Shown here: positions 29,201-37,885 of the stretch, piece by piece
How the letters are laid out: each line of letters starts with the position of its first letter
Position numbering within the stretch: position 1 is the stretch's first letter
Assembly: GCA_035355815.1 (NCBI GenBank)
Contig: DAOQRQ010000001.1
Span: 1,664 to 56,992, forward strand
Direction of reading: 5' to 3'
Length of the DNA stretch: 55,329 nt
Source: Ferruginibacter sp.
GTDB taxonomy: Bacteria > Bacteroidota > Bacteroidia > Chitinophagales > Chitinophagaceae
Position numbers and translations under genes: made by a program
The notes under the pieces: generated by a model
Databases searched by the model: none
Told to the model about the DNA's origin: nothing
Seen by the model: the letters and a program-made list of their open reading frames with translations, nothing else

Positions 29201-29514
29201 CCAATAAGATACAGGATGAGATAAAGGCAATGCGTGAGCTCATCAGCGGAAAAACAAGTGATAAGCAGGGTATATCCCGCAGCCCGTTTGAGACAACGGT
29301 GATGACCGCATTACAAACGGCACAGCAATCTATTGGTAGTAAAATGGTGGCGCCCGGTCCGCAGGTGGAAGCATTGGTTATAAACGCCGAGAAAGCCATA
29401 AAAGGCATGCTGGATAAAATAAACAGTTTCTATAGTGGTAAATGGGCTGATTACCGCCAGCAGGTGGAAGGAACGAAATTGAATTTATTTAAAGATTATA
29501 AGCAGATAGAATAA
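26248..29514 (+). CDS. Large exported VPS10/BNR (Asp-box) repeat beta-propeller protein, sortilin/glycosyl hydrolase-like
   Basis: RNIGPAGMSGRI start and many SxDxGxTW repeats (SMDAGKTW, TTDGGETW, TRDGGKTW, TTDYGKTW); helical C-terminus; start MKKLT gives a signal peptide. Confidence 0.85.
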   Translation: MKKLTAALTGLVIASVFSTAIAQKYSLSQFKNLKPRNIGPAGMSGRITSLDVVVDNPNIIYLGSASGGVWKTENSGNSWTAVFDEQTTQNIGSVAIQQSNPAVVWVGTGEGNPRNSLNLGEGIFKSMDAGKTWKRMGLEKTMNIHRIIIDPVNPNTVYAAAIGNPFSSHPERGVFKTTDGGETWNKILYTNDSSGCAELVMDPSNPNRIIACMWQHRRTPWDFKSGGPGSGLYITIDAGKNWKKLGKEEGLPDGNFGRIGLAFATNDSRRVYAMVEATKNGLYKSDDGGMKWELVNSEARWVTNRPFYFQDIRVDTKNENRLYNIHDQVEVSEDGGKTFSTLIPYSGIHPDHHAWWISPKDPNFMIEGNDGGIGITHDRGKNWTFDDKIPAGQFYHISVDNELPYNVMGGMQDNGTWHGPAYTWINGGIRNYYWNNVGGGDGFDVMPDAEDASWVYSQSQGGSVGRRNWKTGEGWFIKPQALDPSLKLRFNWNSALAQDPFDKKTIYFGSQFVNKSTDKGINWETISPDLTTNDSAKIAAYQNTGGLTMDITGAETHCTIISIEPSRKEQGLLWVGTDDGVVQLTRDGGKTWTSFRGKIPGLPSGCWIPQIKASAHNAGEAFVVANDYRRGDMKPYIFRTTDYGKTWTRMIDENKVKGYALSVLQDPAEPNLIFVGTENGLWISLDNGVSFEQFKNGYPSVSTYDLAIQEREADLAIATFGRALWILDDIRSLRKLAANKGMKFNSPVTVCAAPDAYQAQYRQATGYDWSTYGLYEADNRRRGAAVSFFINKPKPDTAAKQQPVAATTQPSATATPGQQGEGRRGRGQGGPGGGGGRRTDSAMVRIYNANNEQIRSLRWAVDSGFNKMYWGMEEKGFRQPGSPKPQPGSPEPGGLQVLPGRYKLVMMYSGSSDSTFINIYDDPRIGNRDDIKLAQRKMYDRLRRSSDKLTTGMDQLTESEELLTKMQSQLKGVEGKDADSLRKTTNKIQDEIKAMRELISGKTSDKQGISRSPFETTVMTALQTAQQSIGSKMVAPGPQVEALVINAEKAIKGMLDKINSFYSGKWADYRQQVEGTKLNLFKDYKQIE

Positions 29515-29537
29515 TCCGTAACGGGTCTGCTCTTATT

Positions 29538-29569
29538 AAAAAGCATCTGGCGGCCGGCAGATGCTTTTT
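29538..29569 (+). terminator. Intrinsic terminator
   Basis: AAAAAGCATCTG-8 nt-CAGATGCTTTTT. Confidence 0.8.
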
Positions 29570-29658
29570 AATTTTTAAACAATGTCTCTCCGGGTCAATT
29601 TATTTCTTTGCCATGCCCCCTTTAAAATTTACATTTGCCCCTATAATAAGCGCTGTTT

Positions 29659-30924
29659 ATGAGTTCAGGTAAATTAAGTATGCTGGCCGAAACCCTTATA
29701 GGATCGGAAATAGTTAAACTCGGCAACGAGATAAAAGAGCGCAAGAGGCAGGGAGAATTTATTTACAATTATACCATCGGCGATTTTGATTCTTCTCTTT
29801 TTCCAATTCCTAAAGAACTGGAAGAAGAGATCGTTAAGGCCTATCGTGATGGGTACACTACCTACCCGCCCGCCGAAGGAAATTTAGATCTGCGGGAAGC
29901 GGTTTCTTCCTTTACCAAAACATGGCAGGGTATTGATTACAGTACCCAGGAAGTTCTGATCGCCAGCGGAGGAAGGCCGCTTATCTATTCACTTTACAGA
30001 ACAACGGTTGATGCCGGCGATAAAGTGATCTATGCCATTCCCAGCTGGAACAACAATCATTATGTTCACCTGTGCAATGCAGAGCATGTGATGATCAAAA
30101 CCACGGCAGAAAATAATTTCATGCCCCGTGCTGCGGATATCGCCCCGCATATAAAGGGCGCTGCGTTGCTGGCCATATGCACGCCACAAAATCCAACAGG
30201 TACCACGCTGAGCAAAGAAGAGATGGAAAAGATCTGTGATCTTGTACTGGAAGAGAATAAGCGCCGCAGCGAGGGAGAAAAAAAACTGTACCTGTTCTTC
30301 GACCAGATGTACTGGACGCTTACCTACGGAGATATTCAGCATTACCACCCGGTTTCATTAAGACCCGAAATGAGAGCATATACCATTTGTGTGGATGCGA
30401 TAAGCAAAGTGTTTGCCGCCACCGGCGTACGGGTGGGGTGGGCCTGTGGCCCGGCAACCGTAATTGCAAAAATGAAATCCATTCTTTCACACATGGGAGC
30501 CTGGGCGCCCATGGCAGAACAGAAGGCTGTTGCCAGGTATCTCCCGCAAGAACAGGCCATTAAAAAATACCTCATTCATTTCAAGTCGGAAATTGAAGAG
30601 CGGCTTACCCGTATTTACAGCGGGCTGATGAAACTGAAGGCAGATGGTTTTTCGGTGGATGCCATTGCTCCGCAGGCTGCTATCTATCTTACCATACAGG
30701 TTGACCTGGTTGGTAAAACCACCCCCGATGGACAACTGTTGCAGAAGCAGGCAGATGTTACCAACTATTTACTCAATGAAGCAAGCCTGGCTATTGTTCC
30801 CTTCCATGCCTTTGGTGCTGATGCTTCCAGCAACTGGTACCGGCTAAGTGTGGGTACTTGTAAAAAAGAAGAAATCGATGAGATGCTCCGGTCGCTGAAG
30901 AGTGCACTGCAGAAATTAAGCTGA
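29659..30924 (+). CDS. PLP-dependent class I/II aminotransferase (aspartate aminotransferase-like)
   Basis: TPQNPTG, DQMY, AISKVFAATGVRVGW (PLP lysine), YRLS. Confidence 0.88.
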   Translation: MSSGKLSMLAETLIGSEIVKLGNEIKERKRQGEFIYNYTIGDFDSSLFPIPKELEEEIVKAYRDGYTTYPPAEGNLDLREAVSSFTKTWQGIDYSTQEVLIASGGRPLIYSLYRTTVDAGDKVIYAIPSWNNNHYVHLCNAEHVMIKTTAENNFMPRAADIAPHIKGAALLAICTPQNPTGTTLSKEEMEKICDLVLEENKRRSEGEKKLYLFFDQMYWTLTYGDIQHYHPVSLRPEMRAYTICVDAISKVFAATGVRVGWACGPATVIAKMKSILSHMGAWAPMAEQKAVARYLPQEQAIKKYLIHFKSEIEERLTRIYSGLMKLKADGFSVDAIAPQAAIYLTIQVDLVGKTTPDGQLLQKQADVTNYLLNEASLAIVPFHAFGADASSNWYRLSVGTCKKEEIDEMLRSLKSALQKLS

Positions 30925-30926
30925 TA

Positions 30927-31175
30927 CTAGTTTTTGCAATTCAAAAAAACAAAGGGCTTCAGCTCTCTTTGACGGATAAGTTTGCGGAGTTGTATATCGC
31001 TGTTGATGACACGGTATTTGTTGAGGTCTAAAATTTCGTGGGCAATAATTAAACTATCTATCCCTTCAATGCTGTACAGCAGTTGATGTAACTGTTCCAC
31101 TTCATGCTCAATTGCTTTTTGAGTCATGATCTCATGATTGAACAAAACCAGTAAATCCCTGTTCGGATTGTTCAT
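30927..31175 (-). CDS. Small hypothetical protein (82 aa)
   Basis: Fills the intergenic space without overlap, ATG start with A-rich upstream context, protein-like helical sequence. Confidence 0.7.
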   Translation of the reverse strand: MNNPNRDLLVLFNHEIMTQKAIEHEVEQLHQLLYSIEGIDSLIIAHEILDLNKYRVINSDIQLRKLIRQRELKPFVFLNCKN

Positions 31176-31197
31176 AGATTTTGGGGGTATTTAAACA

Positions 31198-31329
31198 TCA
31201 TTTGTATCCAACCATTCCCTGCTTATTCGGGCAACCGCATTGGCCTTTTTTTGAAGAAGAGCATCCTGCAGTGATCAATAAACCGGCAATAATAAGAGCG
31301 AATAATGTTTTTTTACTAATTTGTTGCAT
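31198..31329 (-). CDS. 43-aa lipoprotein with CGCP motif (absent from ORF track)
   Basis: Hand translation MQQISKKTLFALIIAGLLITAGC-SSSKKGQCGCPNKQGMVGYK*: basic n-region, hydrophobic h-region, lipobox TAGC. Confidence 0.75.
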   Translation of the reverse strand: MQQISKKTLFALIIAGLLITAGCSSSKKGQCGCPNKQGMVGYK

Positions 31330-31383
31330 ATTTTCAGGCTTTCAAGTTAAACAATTTTTAGAAAACTTTATTGTTTTCGTTTA

Positions 31384-32484
31384 ATGAAAGACAAAAAAAT
31401 TAACAGGCCTGTTATACTGGTTGCTCCAATGGACTGGGGATTGGGTCATGCAACCCGTTGTATTCCAGTAATAACAACCCTCCAGGCCCAAAACTGCTCA
31501 GTGATCATTGCCGCATGCGGACCTGGCAGGATTTTACTGCAAAAAGAGTTCCCCGGGCTGCTTTGTCTCGATCTCAGGGGTTATAATATACATTACAGCC
31601 GTAAAAGGAGCTGGTTACCCCTTACACTTTTTGCCCAGTTTCCTAAGTTGATATCAACTATTTATACCGAACACAGATGGTTAAAAAGAACAGTGAAACA
31701 GTATGCTGTTGATGCGGTTATTTCTGATAACAGGATGGGGATGTTTAACCGCAGCATTCCGTGCATATATCTCACACACCAATTAAGAATAAAAACAGGG
31801 AATCGTTTTACAGAACGGATCGTACAAAAAATTCATTATTGGTTCATCAGTAAATTCACCGAATGCTGGGTGCCTGATGTTTCTGATGAAAGTAACCTGG
31901 CAGGAGAATTATCACATCCGGTAACCATGCCGTCTATTCCGGTAAAATATATAGGTCCTTTATCAAGATTTAAAAAATATCCGGCCGAAAAAAAATACGA
32001 TATTGCTTTTATCCTTTCGGGTCCTGAGCCGCAACGAAGCATTTTTGAAGAACTTATCCTGAAAGATATTGGCGGTTGCAACAAAAAGGCAATACTGGTC
32101 AGGGGCATCACAGATCCTGTTTCGTTAAACGAACCCGGCCCTTCTTTTCTGGAAATTCATAATAGTTTGGGCCGGGAAGAATTGAACCGGGTTGTTCTGG
32201 AATCAGATTTCATTATCGGCCGCAGTGGTTATTCAACCGTGATGGATATGGAGGCGTTGCAGAAAAAAGCGCTGCTGGTTCCTACCCCGGGGCAAACCGA
32301 GCAGGAGTACCTGGCTGAATATTTATCTGCAAAAAAAATGTTTTGTACCGCTTCGCAGGAAGACTTCTCCTTGCCTGCCGCCCTGAAACTGTTAGATGGA
32401 TTTTCATTCCGTAATGCTGTTACTGGTCAAAGCATTCTGGAGAATGTTTTGGAGGAGTTTTTAAAATCGCTCAGCAGAAATTAG
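31384..32484 (+). CDS. GT-B glycosyltransferase (GT28 C-terminal-like family)
   Basis: DWGLGHATR, ISDNR, SGPEPQR, RSGYST.MD, PTPGQTEQEYLA. Confidence 0.85.
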   Translation: MKDKKINRPVILVAPMDWGLGHATRCIPVITTLQAQNCSVIIAACGPGRILLQKEFPGLLCLDLRGYNIHYSRKRSWLPLTLFAQFPKLISTIYTEHRWLKRTVKQYAVDAVISDNRMGMFNRSIPCIYLTHQLRIKTGNRFTERIVQKIHYWFISKFTECWVPDVSDESNLAGELSHPVTMPSIPVKYIGPLSRFKKYPAEKKYDIAFILSGPEPQRSIFEELILKDIGGCNKKAILVRGITDPVSLNEPGPSFLEIHNSLGREELNRVVLESDFIIGRSGYSTVMDMEALQKKALLVPTPGQTEQEYLAEYLSAKKMFCTASQEDFSLPAALKLLDGFSFRNAVTGQSILENVLEEFLKSLSRN

Positions 32485-34430
32485 CAGTATAGATATTTAT
32501 ATCCTCTTTTTATCTTTTGCAGGTCAACCATTACGGAATACTCCGAGGCATACCATTCGTCGCTTTTAACCAGGCTTTCTTCCGGTAGCTCATTTAACTG
32601 TGAAGGAAATGCGGTACTGCCAAGAACGCCTGGCCGTATTTTTGGAAATTTATTGTTGGTGGATGCATATCCCACCCAGGATCTTTTTCCCGACAGAACA
32701 TAAAAAACATTTTTAAAGAAGCGGGCCGGTTTTTTCTGTAAGAAAAGGTGAACAGGAAATCCCAGGATAAAAAAGGCGGCCAGGGCAATATCAAATAGTC
32801 TTTTGTTGCGCTGGTTAACAGGCTTTGCTATATGGTACTTCTTTACCGCTGCCACATAATCGCCGCTTACATTCTTACTGTCGCTGCCCACAATACTCCG
32901 GCTGCCGGATGCATGAAATTTATTACGGGTGGCGGCAGGTAATTTGTTGATGAGGCCGATTATTTCTTTGAGGCGGAGGCCGTTTTCGCAAAAGATCACT
33001 TCCCGTATCCGGTATTTTTGTATCAGGTTAGGCAATTGTTCAATGCTGCCCAGCGTGGTGGAATTTTCTTCTTTTAAAGAAGCCGGGCCAACCCTTCCCA
33101 GCACCCGTTCCTGCATGCCAACGTTCATCATCAGTTTGTTAATGGCAATAAAATCGCTTTCATTTGATACAACAATTGTTTGCCTTTTCTCTTCTTCTTC
33201 ATCATCGGTATCAAGCAGCCTTGCTTGTATAAAAAACTGCCGTAACAGGTTCATTACAACAAATGCCAGTATGATCCCGAAGAGAAGGATGCCCCTTGAA
33301 AAACGCAGGCTTTCCGGTAAAAGACCGTAGCCGCTTACTATGAACAGCCCGGCGATTACGGTAGACCGTACCAGTTGCGATTGCCGGTATCCTTTATCAT
33401 AGAGGCCCGAATAATAGGACACAATTAAAAAAACAGCCGTAAAAACAGGAAATGCGATCTGTAATATATTGGGTGAATAATTTACATCCTGCCGGATATA
33501 ATTACTCCAGAAATATTTTATTATCCAGAAGCTGGTCAATATGATCCCCGCATCCAGTATAGGAAGGCCCGTTTTTTTAAACAGGTTGCCTGTTGCTGCC
33601 AGGGAAGCCCTTATAAGGATCCCCACTTGTACGAGGAATGTAAACAACCTTGCCTTACTGCCGCTGTAATGCTTTTTTACAAACAGGCTCATCGCCATAT
33701 AAAACATGCGCACATAATTCATGCTTCCCCGCTTGGTACTTTCTCCTTTAAAATGAATGATACTGCTTTCGGCAAAATAAAAATTCCGGTATCCGGCTTT
33801 TTGAATGCGGTAACTAAGGTCCACATCTTCGCCATACATGAAAAAGGTTTCATCAAAATTTCCAATCTCTTTTAGAATGTTCTGCGGCATCATCATAAAC
33901 GCACCGGCCAGTACGTCTACTTCGTGGTTTTCATCTGCGGAAAGATGCCCCAGGTGATACCTGGCAAATGTTTTTGACCGGGGAAACAGTACAGAAAGTC
34001 CCGAAAGTTTATATAACGACGTCAGGGGAGAAGGGAAAGCCCGTTTGCTTTCTTTCAAAAACCTTCCGGATCCATCGATCATCTTAATGCCCAAAGCCCC
34101 TGCTTTTTGCTGTGACTGGAGAAACTGAATGCTTTTTTCAAAACAGTCTTCCGGAACCAGCGTATCGGGGTTCAAAAAAAGAATGTACTCGCCCTTAGCA
34201 ACAGCAATGGCCCGGTTATTTGCTTTTGCAAACCCTTCATTGTTGCTGTTCCATATAAACTTTACTCCGGGAAAAGCCGGTTCAAGAAATTCCCTGCTTC
34301 CGTCGGTTGAGCAATTGTCAACCACTATGATCTCCGCCTCCAGGCCAACACAGGCTTTCTGAACCGAATACAGGCACTGCTCCAGGAAATACTTTACGTT
34401 ATAGTTTACAATTATAACCGACAATCGCAT
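32481..34430 (-). CDS. GT2 glycosyltransferase fused to membrane and WcaJ-like sugar-transferase domains
   Basis: LSVIIVNYN, VVDN.STDGS, FLNPDT, FFMYGEDVDL, four TM helices, then KRLFDI..LSGKRSWVG. Start at MRLSV (34430). Confidence 0.85.
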   Translation of the reverse strand: MRLSVIIVNYNVKYFLEQCLYSVQKACVGLEAEIIVVDNCSTDGSREFLEPAFPGVKFIWNSNNEGFAKANNRAIAVAKGEYILFLNPDTLVPEDCFEKSIQFLQSQQKAGALGIKMIDGSGRFLKESKRAFPSPLTSLYKLSGLSVLFPRSKTFARYHLGHLSADENHEVDVLAGAFMMMPQNILKEIGNFDETFFMYGEDVDLSYRIQKAGYRNFYFAESSIIHFKGESTKRGSMNYVRMFYMAMSLFVKKHYSGSKARLFTFLVQVGILIRASLAATGNLFKKTGLPILDAGIILTSFWIIKYFWSNYIRQDVNYSPNILQIAFPVFTAVFLIVSYYSGLYDKGYRQSQLVRSTVIAGLFIVSGYGLLPESLRFSRGILLFGIILAFVVMNLLRQFFIQARLLDTDDEEEEKRQTIVVSNESDFIAINKLMMNVGMQERVLGRVGPASLKEENSTTLGSIEQLPNLIQKYRIREVIFCENGLRLKEIIGLINKLPAATRNKFHASGSRSIVGSDSKNVSGDYVAAVKKYHIAKPVNQRNKRLFDIALAAFFILGFPVHLFLQKKPARFFKNVFYVLSGKRSWVGYASTNNKFPKIRPGVLGSTAFPSQLNELPEESLVKSDEWYASEYSVMVDLQKIKRGYKYLYC

Positions 34431-34433
34431 ATT

Positions 34434-34464
34434 CAAATATAGTAAAGAAGCCTTTGTATCTTTG
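34434..34464. promoter_or_regulatory. Back-to-back Bacteroidota -7 promoter elements (TAnnTTTG)
   Basis: TATATTTG on the minus strand (34434-34441), 3 nt from the GT2 ATG; TATCTTTG on the plus strand (34457-34464), 4 nt from the suhB ATG. Confidence 0.65.
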
Positions 34465-34468
34465 CGCC

Positions 34469-35254
34469 ATGTTAAAAACCACACTGTTGAATGCGGTAGA
34501 AGCCGGGGCACAAGAGCTCAGGCGTTATTTCAATAACGAAGACCTTAAGATCAGTAATAAGGAAGGCATCAATAACTGGGTTACCGAAGCCGATCATGCC
34601 GCTGAAAAAGCGATCATTGATGTGATAAAGGCGCAGTACCCCGATCATTTTATTTTAAGCGAGGAAGTGGGTGAAATAGTAACCGGCAGCGAAGTAAAGT
34701 GGATCATTGATCCCATTGACGGCACCATCAATTTTGCCAGTGGTATTCCTATTTGTGCGGTCAGTATCGGTGTTGAAAAGAACGGCGAGATGATCCTTGG
34801 AGCCGTGTTCAACCCGTTCATCAACGAATTATTCTTTGCCGAAAAAGGCAAGGGCGCTTTTCTCAACGATAAAAAGATCAGCGTAAGCAAAAAAACAGAA
34901 GTTATTCATAGTTGCCTGGTTACCGGTTTTCCTTATACCTACCTGGATATGGAAAACGGACCCTTACAGGTGTTCGAACGGTTTGTACGCAAGGGCGTTC
35001 CCGTTCGCAGGCTGGGCAGTGCTGCCATCGACCTTTGCTGGGTTGCCGCCGGAAGATTTGAAGGTTTCTTTGAACACAGCCTCAGCGCCTGGGATACGGC
35101 GGCAGGATACCTGATCGTGGAAGAGGCCGGAGGAAAAGTTACCGATATGAATGGGGATAAATATTCGCCCTACCAGAAAAAATTAGTGGCTACAAATGGA
35201 TTGATCCACGACGAATTGATCGAAGTGATACATAACAGAAAGCAATTGGGCTAA
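34469..35254 (+). CDS. suhB: Inositol monophosphatase family protein
   Basis: VTEAD, LSEE, WIIDPIDGTINF, RRLGSAAIDL, WDTAAG. Confidence 0.9.
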   Translation: MLKTTLLNAVEAGAQELRRYFNNEDLKISNKEGINNWVTEADHAAEKAIIDVIKAQYPDHFILSEEVGEIVTGSEVKWIIDPIDGTINFASGIPICAVSIGVEKNGEMILGAVFNPFINELFFAEKGKGAFLNDKKISVSKKTEVIHSCLVTGFPYTYLDMENGPLQVFERFVRKGVPVRRLGSAAIDLCWVAAGRFEGFFEHSLSAWDTAAGYLIVEEAGGKVTDMNGDKYSPYQKKLVATNGLIHDELIEVIHNRKQLG

Positions 35255-35325
35255 GAGACCGAAAGAGGTAAACGATGGTTTCTCTTTCTACTCCTTTGCT
35301 CGTTCTCTGGCAAAAAAATAATTAC

Positions 35326-36351
35326 ATGGAACAAAGAACAGAAATAGCTGACCTGGGCGAGTTTGGTTTAATCGATCATCTTACAAAGAACAACGAGACA
35401 AAAAACAGCTCTACCGTTGTTAGCGTTGGTGACGATGCGGCGGTGATAGATCATTTTGGCAGGCAAACGGTGGTAAGTACCGACCTGCTGGTAGAAGGCA
35501 TTCATTTTGACCTGATGTACACCCCCCTTAAACATCTTGGGTATAAATCGGTGGTGGTTAACCTCAGCGATATTTATGCTATGAACGCCACGCCTACACA
35601 AATTTTGCTGAGCATTGCCATCAGTAATAAATTCAGTGTGGAAGCGCTGGATGAATTTTACGAAGGGGTTTATGCCGCCTGTGATAAATATAATGTTGAC
35701 CTGGTGGGCGGCGATACCACTTCTTCACAACGGGGTTTTGTGATCAGCATTACCGCCATTGGCGAAGTGGCTCCTGACAGTTACGTTAAAAGAGACGGTG
35801 CCAAAGTGAACGACCTTATTTGCGTAAGCGGCGACCTGGGTGGTGCGTTCCTGGGATTAACCATACTGGAAAGAGAAAAGAAAATATTCCAGGAAACCGG
35901 CGCCCAACCTGACCTGGAGAACAGGGCCTATATTGTCGGCCGCCTGTTAAAGCCGGAAGCAAGGAAAGATGTGATCGAATATTTTGCGCAGCACAATATC
36001 GTTCCCACCAGCATGATGGATATCAGCGACGGACTGAGCAGCGACATATTGCATATCTGCAAACAAAGCAAGGTGGGTTGTGTGTTGTACGAAGACAAGC
36101 TGCCCATCAATGAAGAATCGAAGGACTTTGCCTATAAACTTGAGCTGGATCCCACCGCCTGTGCATTAAGCGGCGGCGAAGATTATGAAATGCTGTTCAC
36201 GGTATCGCAGGCGGATTATGAAAAGATAAACGCCAACAACGGCCTCAGCATAATTGGGTATATTACAGACGCCAAAGAGGGAAAAACGATCATTACCCGC
36301 GGCGGAAATAAACACGAACTGGTTGCACAGGGATGGAATCATCTGAAATGA
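35326..36351 (+). CDS. thiL: Thiamine-phosphate kinase
   Basis: LGEFGLI, GDDAA, NLSDIYAM, GGDTT, DISDGL, GGEDYE. Confidence 0.93.
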   Translation: MEQRTEIADLGEFGLIDHLTKNNETKNSSTVVSVGDDAAVIDHFGRQTVVSTDLLVEGIHFDLMYTPLKHLGYKSVVVNLSDIYAMNATPTQILLSIAISNKFSVEALDEFYEGVYAACDKYNVDLVGGDTTSSQRGFVISITAIGEVAPDSYVKRDGAKVNDLICVSGDLGGAFLGLTILEREKKIFQETGAQPDLENRAYIVGRLLKPEARKDVIEYFAQHNIVPTSMMDISDGLSSDILHICKQSKVGCVLYEDKLPINEESKDFAYKLELDPTACALSGGEDYEMLFTVSQADYEKINANNGLSIIGYITDAKEGKTIITRGGNKHELVAQGWNHLK

Positions 36352-36389
36352 TCCGCCTGCAACTCTACACAATCTGTCTCAGACCGAAA

Positions 36390-37883
36390 ATGAAATTATT
36401 AAAAACCATTCTTTTCTTTTTCCCGGTTCTTTATTTGTTTTCCTGCGCCACTTCAAGTAAAACCTATTCTCCGTCAAAAAAATACTCCCAACAAGCATTG
36501 CGGGAAGATTATTCGCTTCTGCGGAATATACTGGAACAAAAACACCCTTCGCTTTACTGGTACACAAGTAAGGACAGTATGGATATGTTTTTTGACAAGT
36601 ACTACCAGGATATCAAAGACAGTATGACCGAGCAGCAATTCGGCTGGAAGATCATTGCCCCGCTTACCGATAAGATCCATTGCGGCCACACCAGTTTTGG
36701 TATGAGCAAAGCCTACAACAACTGGGTGGCAGATAAACGGTTTTCTTCCTTCCCGCTGTTCATGAAATTCTGGAACGATACCATGGTGGTGACCAATAAC
36801 ATGAACCGGAAAGATTCGGTGCTTAAAAGAGGAACTTTGATCAGGTCGGTGAATGGTATGAACAGCACGGCGCTTACCAATACCATGTTTGGTTACATGA
36901 CAGAGGACGGGTATGCCAATAATGTAAATTACATCCGCCTAAGCGCTAATTTTCCTTATTACCACCGGAATATTATCGGGCTAAGTAAAAATTATGAAGT
37001 GAGGTACACAGACAGTTTGGGTAACGAACGAAGTATCGTCATCCCTGTTTTTGAACAGAAAAAAGACAGCAGTCCAAAAATAAAACCCGTGGCGCCGGTT
37101 CAAAAGGAAAAAAGGGAAACAAATAAACGAAGGTTGCAGGAGCTGCGCTCGCTGGCTATTGATACTGCCAACAATACGGCAATTATTACCTTGAACACAT
37201 TTTCATCAGGCCGGTTGCGCAAGTTTTACCGGCAAACATTCCGGTATATAAGAAAGGCCGGTATCACAAATGTGATACTTGATCTTCGCAGCAATGGCGG
37301 CGGAAGAATTAATCTTTCAACCCTGCTCACTAAATATGTAAGCCGCCGGAATTTTAAAGTAGCCGATACTTCATTTGCTGTGGTAAGATCGCTTCGTCCC
37401 TATACCCGGTATGTAAAGAATGGTTTTGTTCAAAACCTGGGGCTCTTCTTTCTTACCAAAAAAAATAAAGATGGCTTATTTCATTTTGGTCATTGGGAGC
37501 GTAAAACCTATAAGCCAAAAACAAAAAATCATTTCTCAGGTAATCTTTATGTACTCACCAACGGTTCTACTTTTTCTGCATCAACCATTTTTTGCAATGC
37601 GGTAAAAGGCCAGCCGGGCGTGCTTTTGGCGGGCGAAGAAGCCGGTGGCGGCTGGCACGGAAATAACGGTATTCTTATTCCGGATATCATTCTTCCCAAC
37701 ACCCATCTCCGGGTAAGGCTTCCTTTGTTCCGGCTGGTTCAGTATAACCATGTGCCCAAAGATGGCCGGGGAGTGGTACCCGACCTGTATATCGGTACCG
37801 ATTACAATGCACTAATGAAAGGGGTTGATAAAAAAATGCAGGCGGTTATGCAATTGATCAAAGAAAGCAATGCACGCAAATAG
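36390..37883 (+). CDS. S41-family peptidase, lipoprotein
   Basis: Lipobox LFSC, PDZ-like segment, ILDLRSNGGG, TFSAS, GEE.GG, RGVVPD. Confidence 0.85.
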   Translation: MKLLKTILFFFPVLYLFSCATSSKTYSPSKKYSQQALREDYSLLRNILEQKHPSLYWYTSKDSMDMFFDKYYQDIKDSMTEQQFGWKIIAPLTDKIHCGHTSFGMSKAYNNWVADKRFSSFPLFMKFWNDTMVVTNNMNRKDSVLKRGTLIRSVNGMNSTALTNTMFGYMTEDGYANNVNYIRLSANFPYYHRNIIGLSKNYEVRYTDSLGNERSIVIPVFEQKKDSSPKIKPVAPVQKEKRETNKRRLQELRSLAIDTANNTAIITLNTFSSGRLRKFYRQTFRYIRKAGITNVILDLRSNGGGRINLSTLLTKYVSRRNFKVADTSFAVVRSLRPYTRYVKNGFVQNLGLFFLTKKNKDGLFHFGHWERKTYKPKTKNHFSGNLYVLTNGSTFSASTIFCNAVKGQPGVLLAGEEAGGGWHGNNGILIPDIILPNTHLRVRLPLFRLVQYNHVPKDGRGVVPDLYIGTDYNALMKGVDKKMQAVMQLIKESNARK

Positions 37884-37885
37884 TA

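Noticed and set aside
31181-31384. 67-aa plus-strand ORF from the track
   Set aside because: TTG start and no motifs; the opposite strand encodes a much more convincing 43-aa lipoprotein.
34430-34511. N-terminal extensions given by the ORF track (GT2, rhomboid, msrB, thiL, S41 peptidase, helicase and others)
   Set aside because: They overlap neighbouring genes or promoter boxes; downstream ATGs restore signal peptides or family-typical starts.
35255-35325. TPP riboswitch upstream of thiL
   Set aside because: The gap is only ~70 bp and lacks the conserved CUGAGA core; only a weak purine/pyrimidine stem is present.
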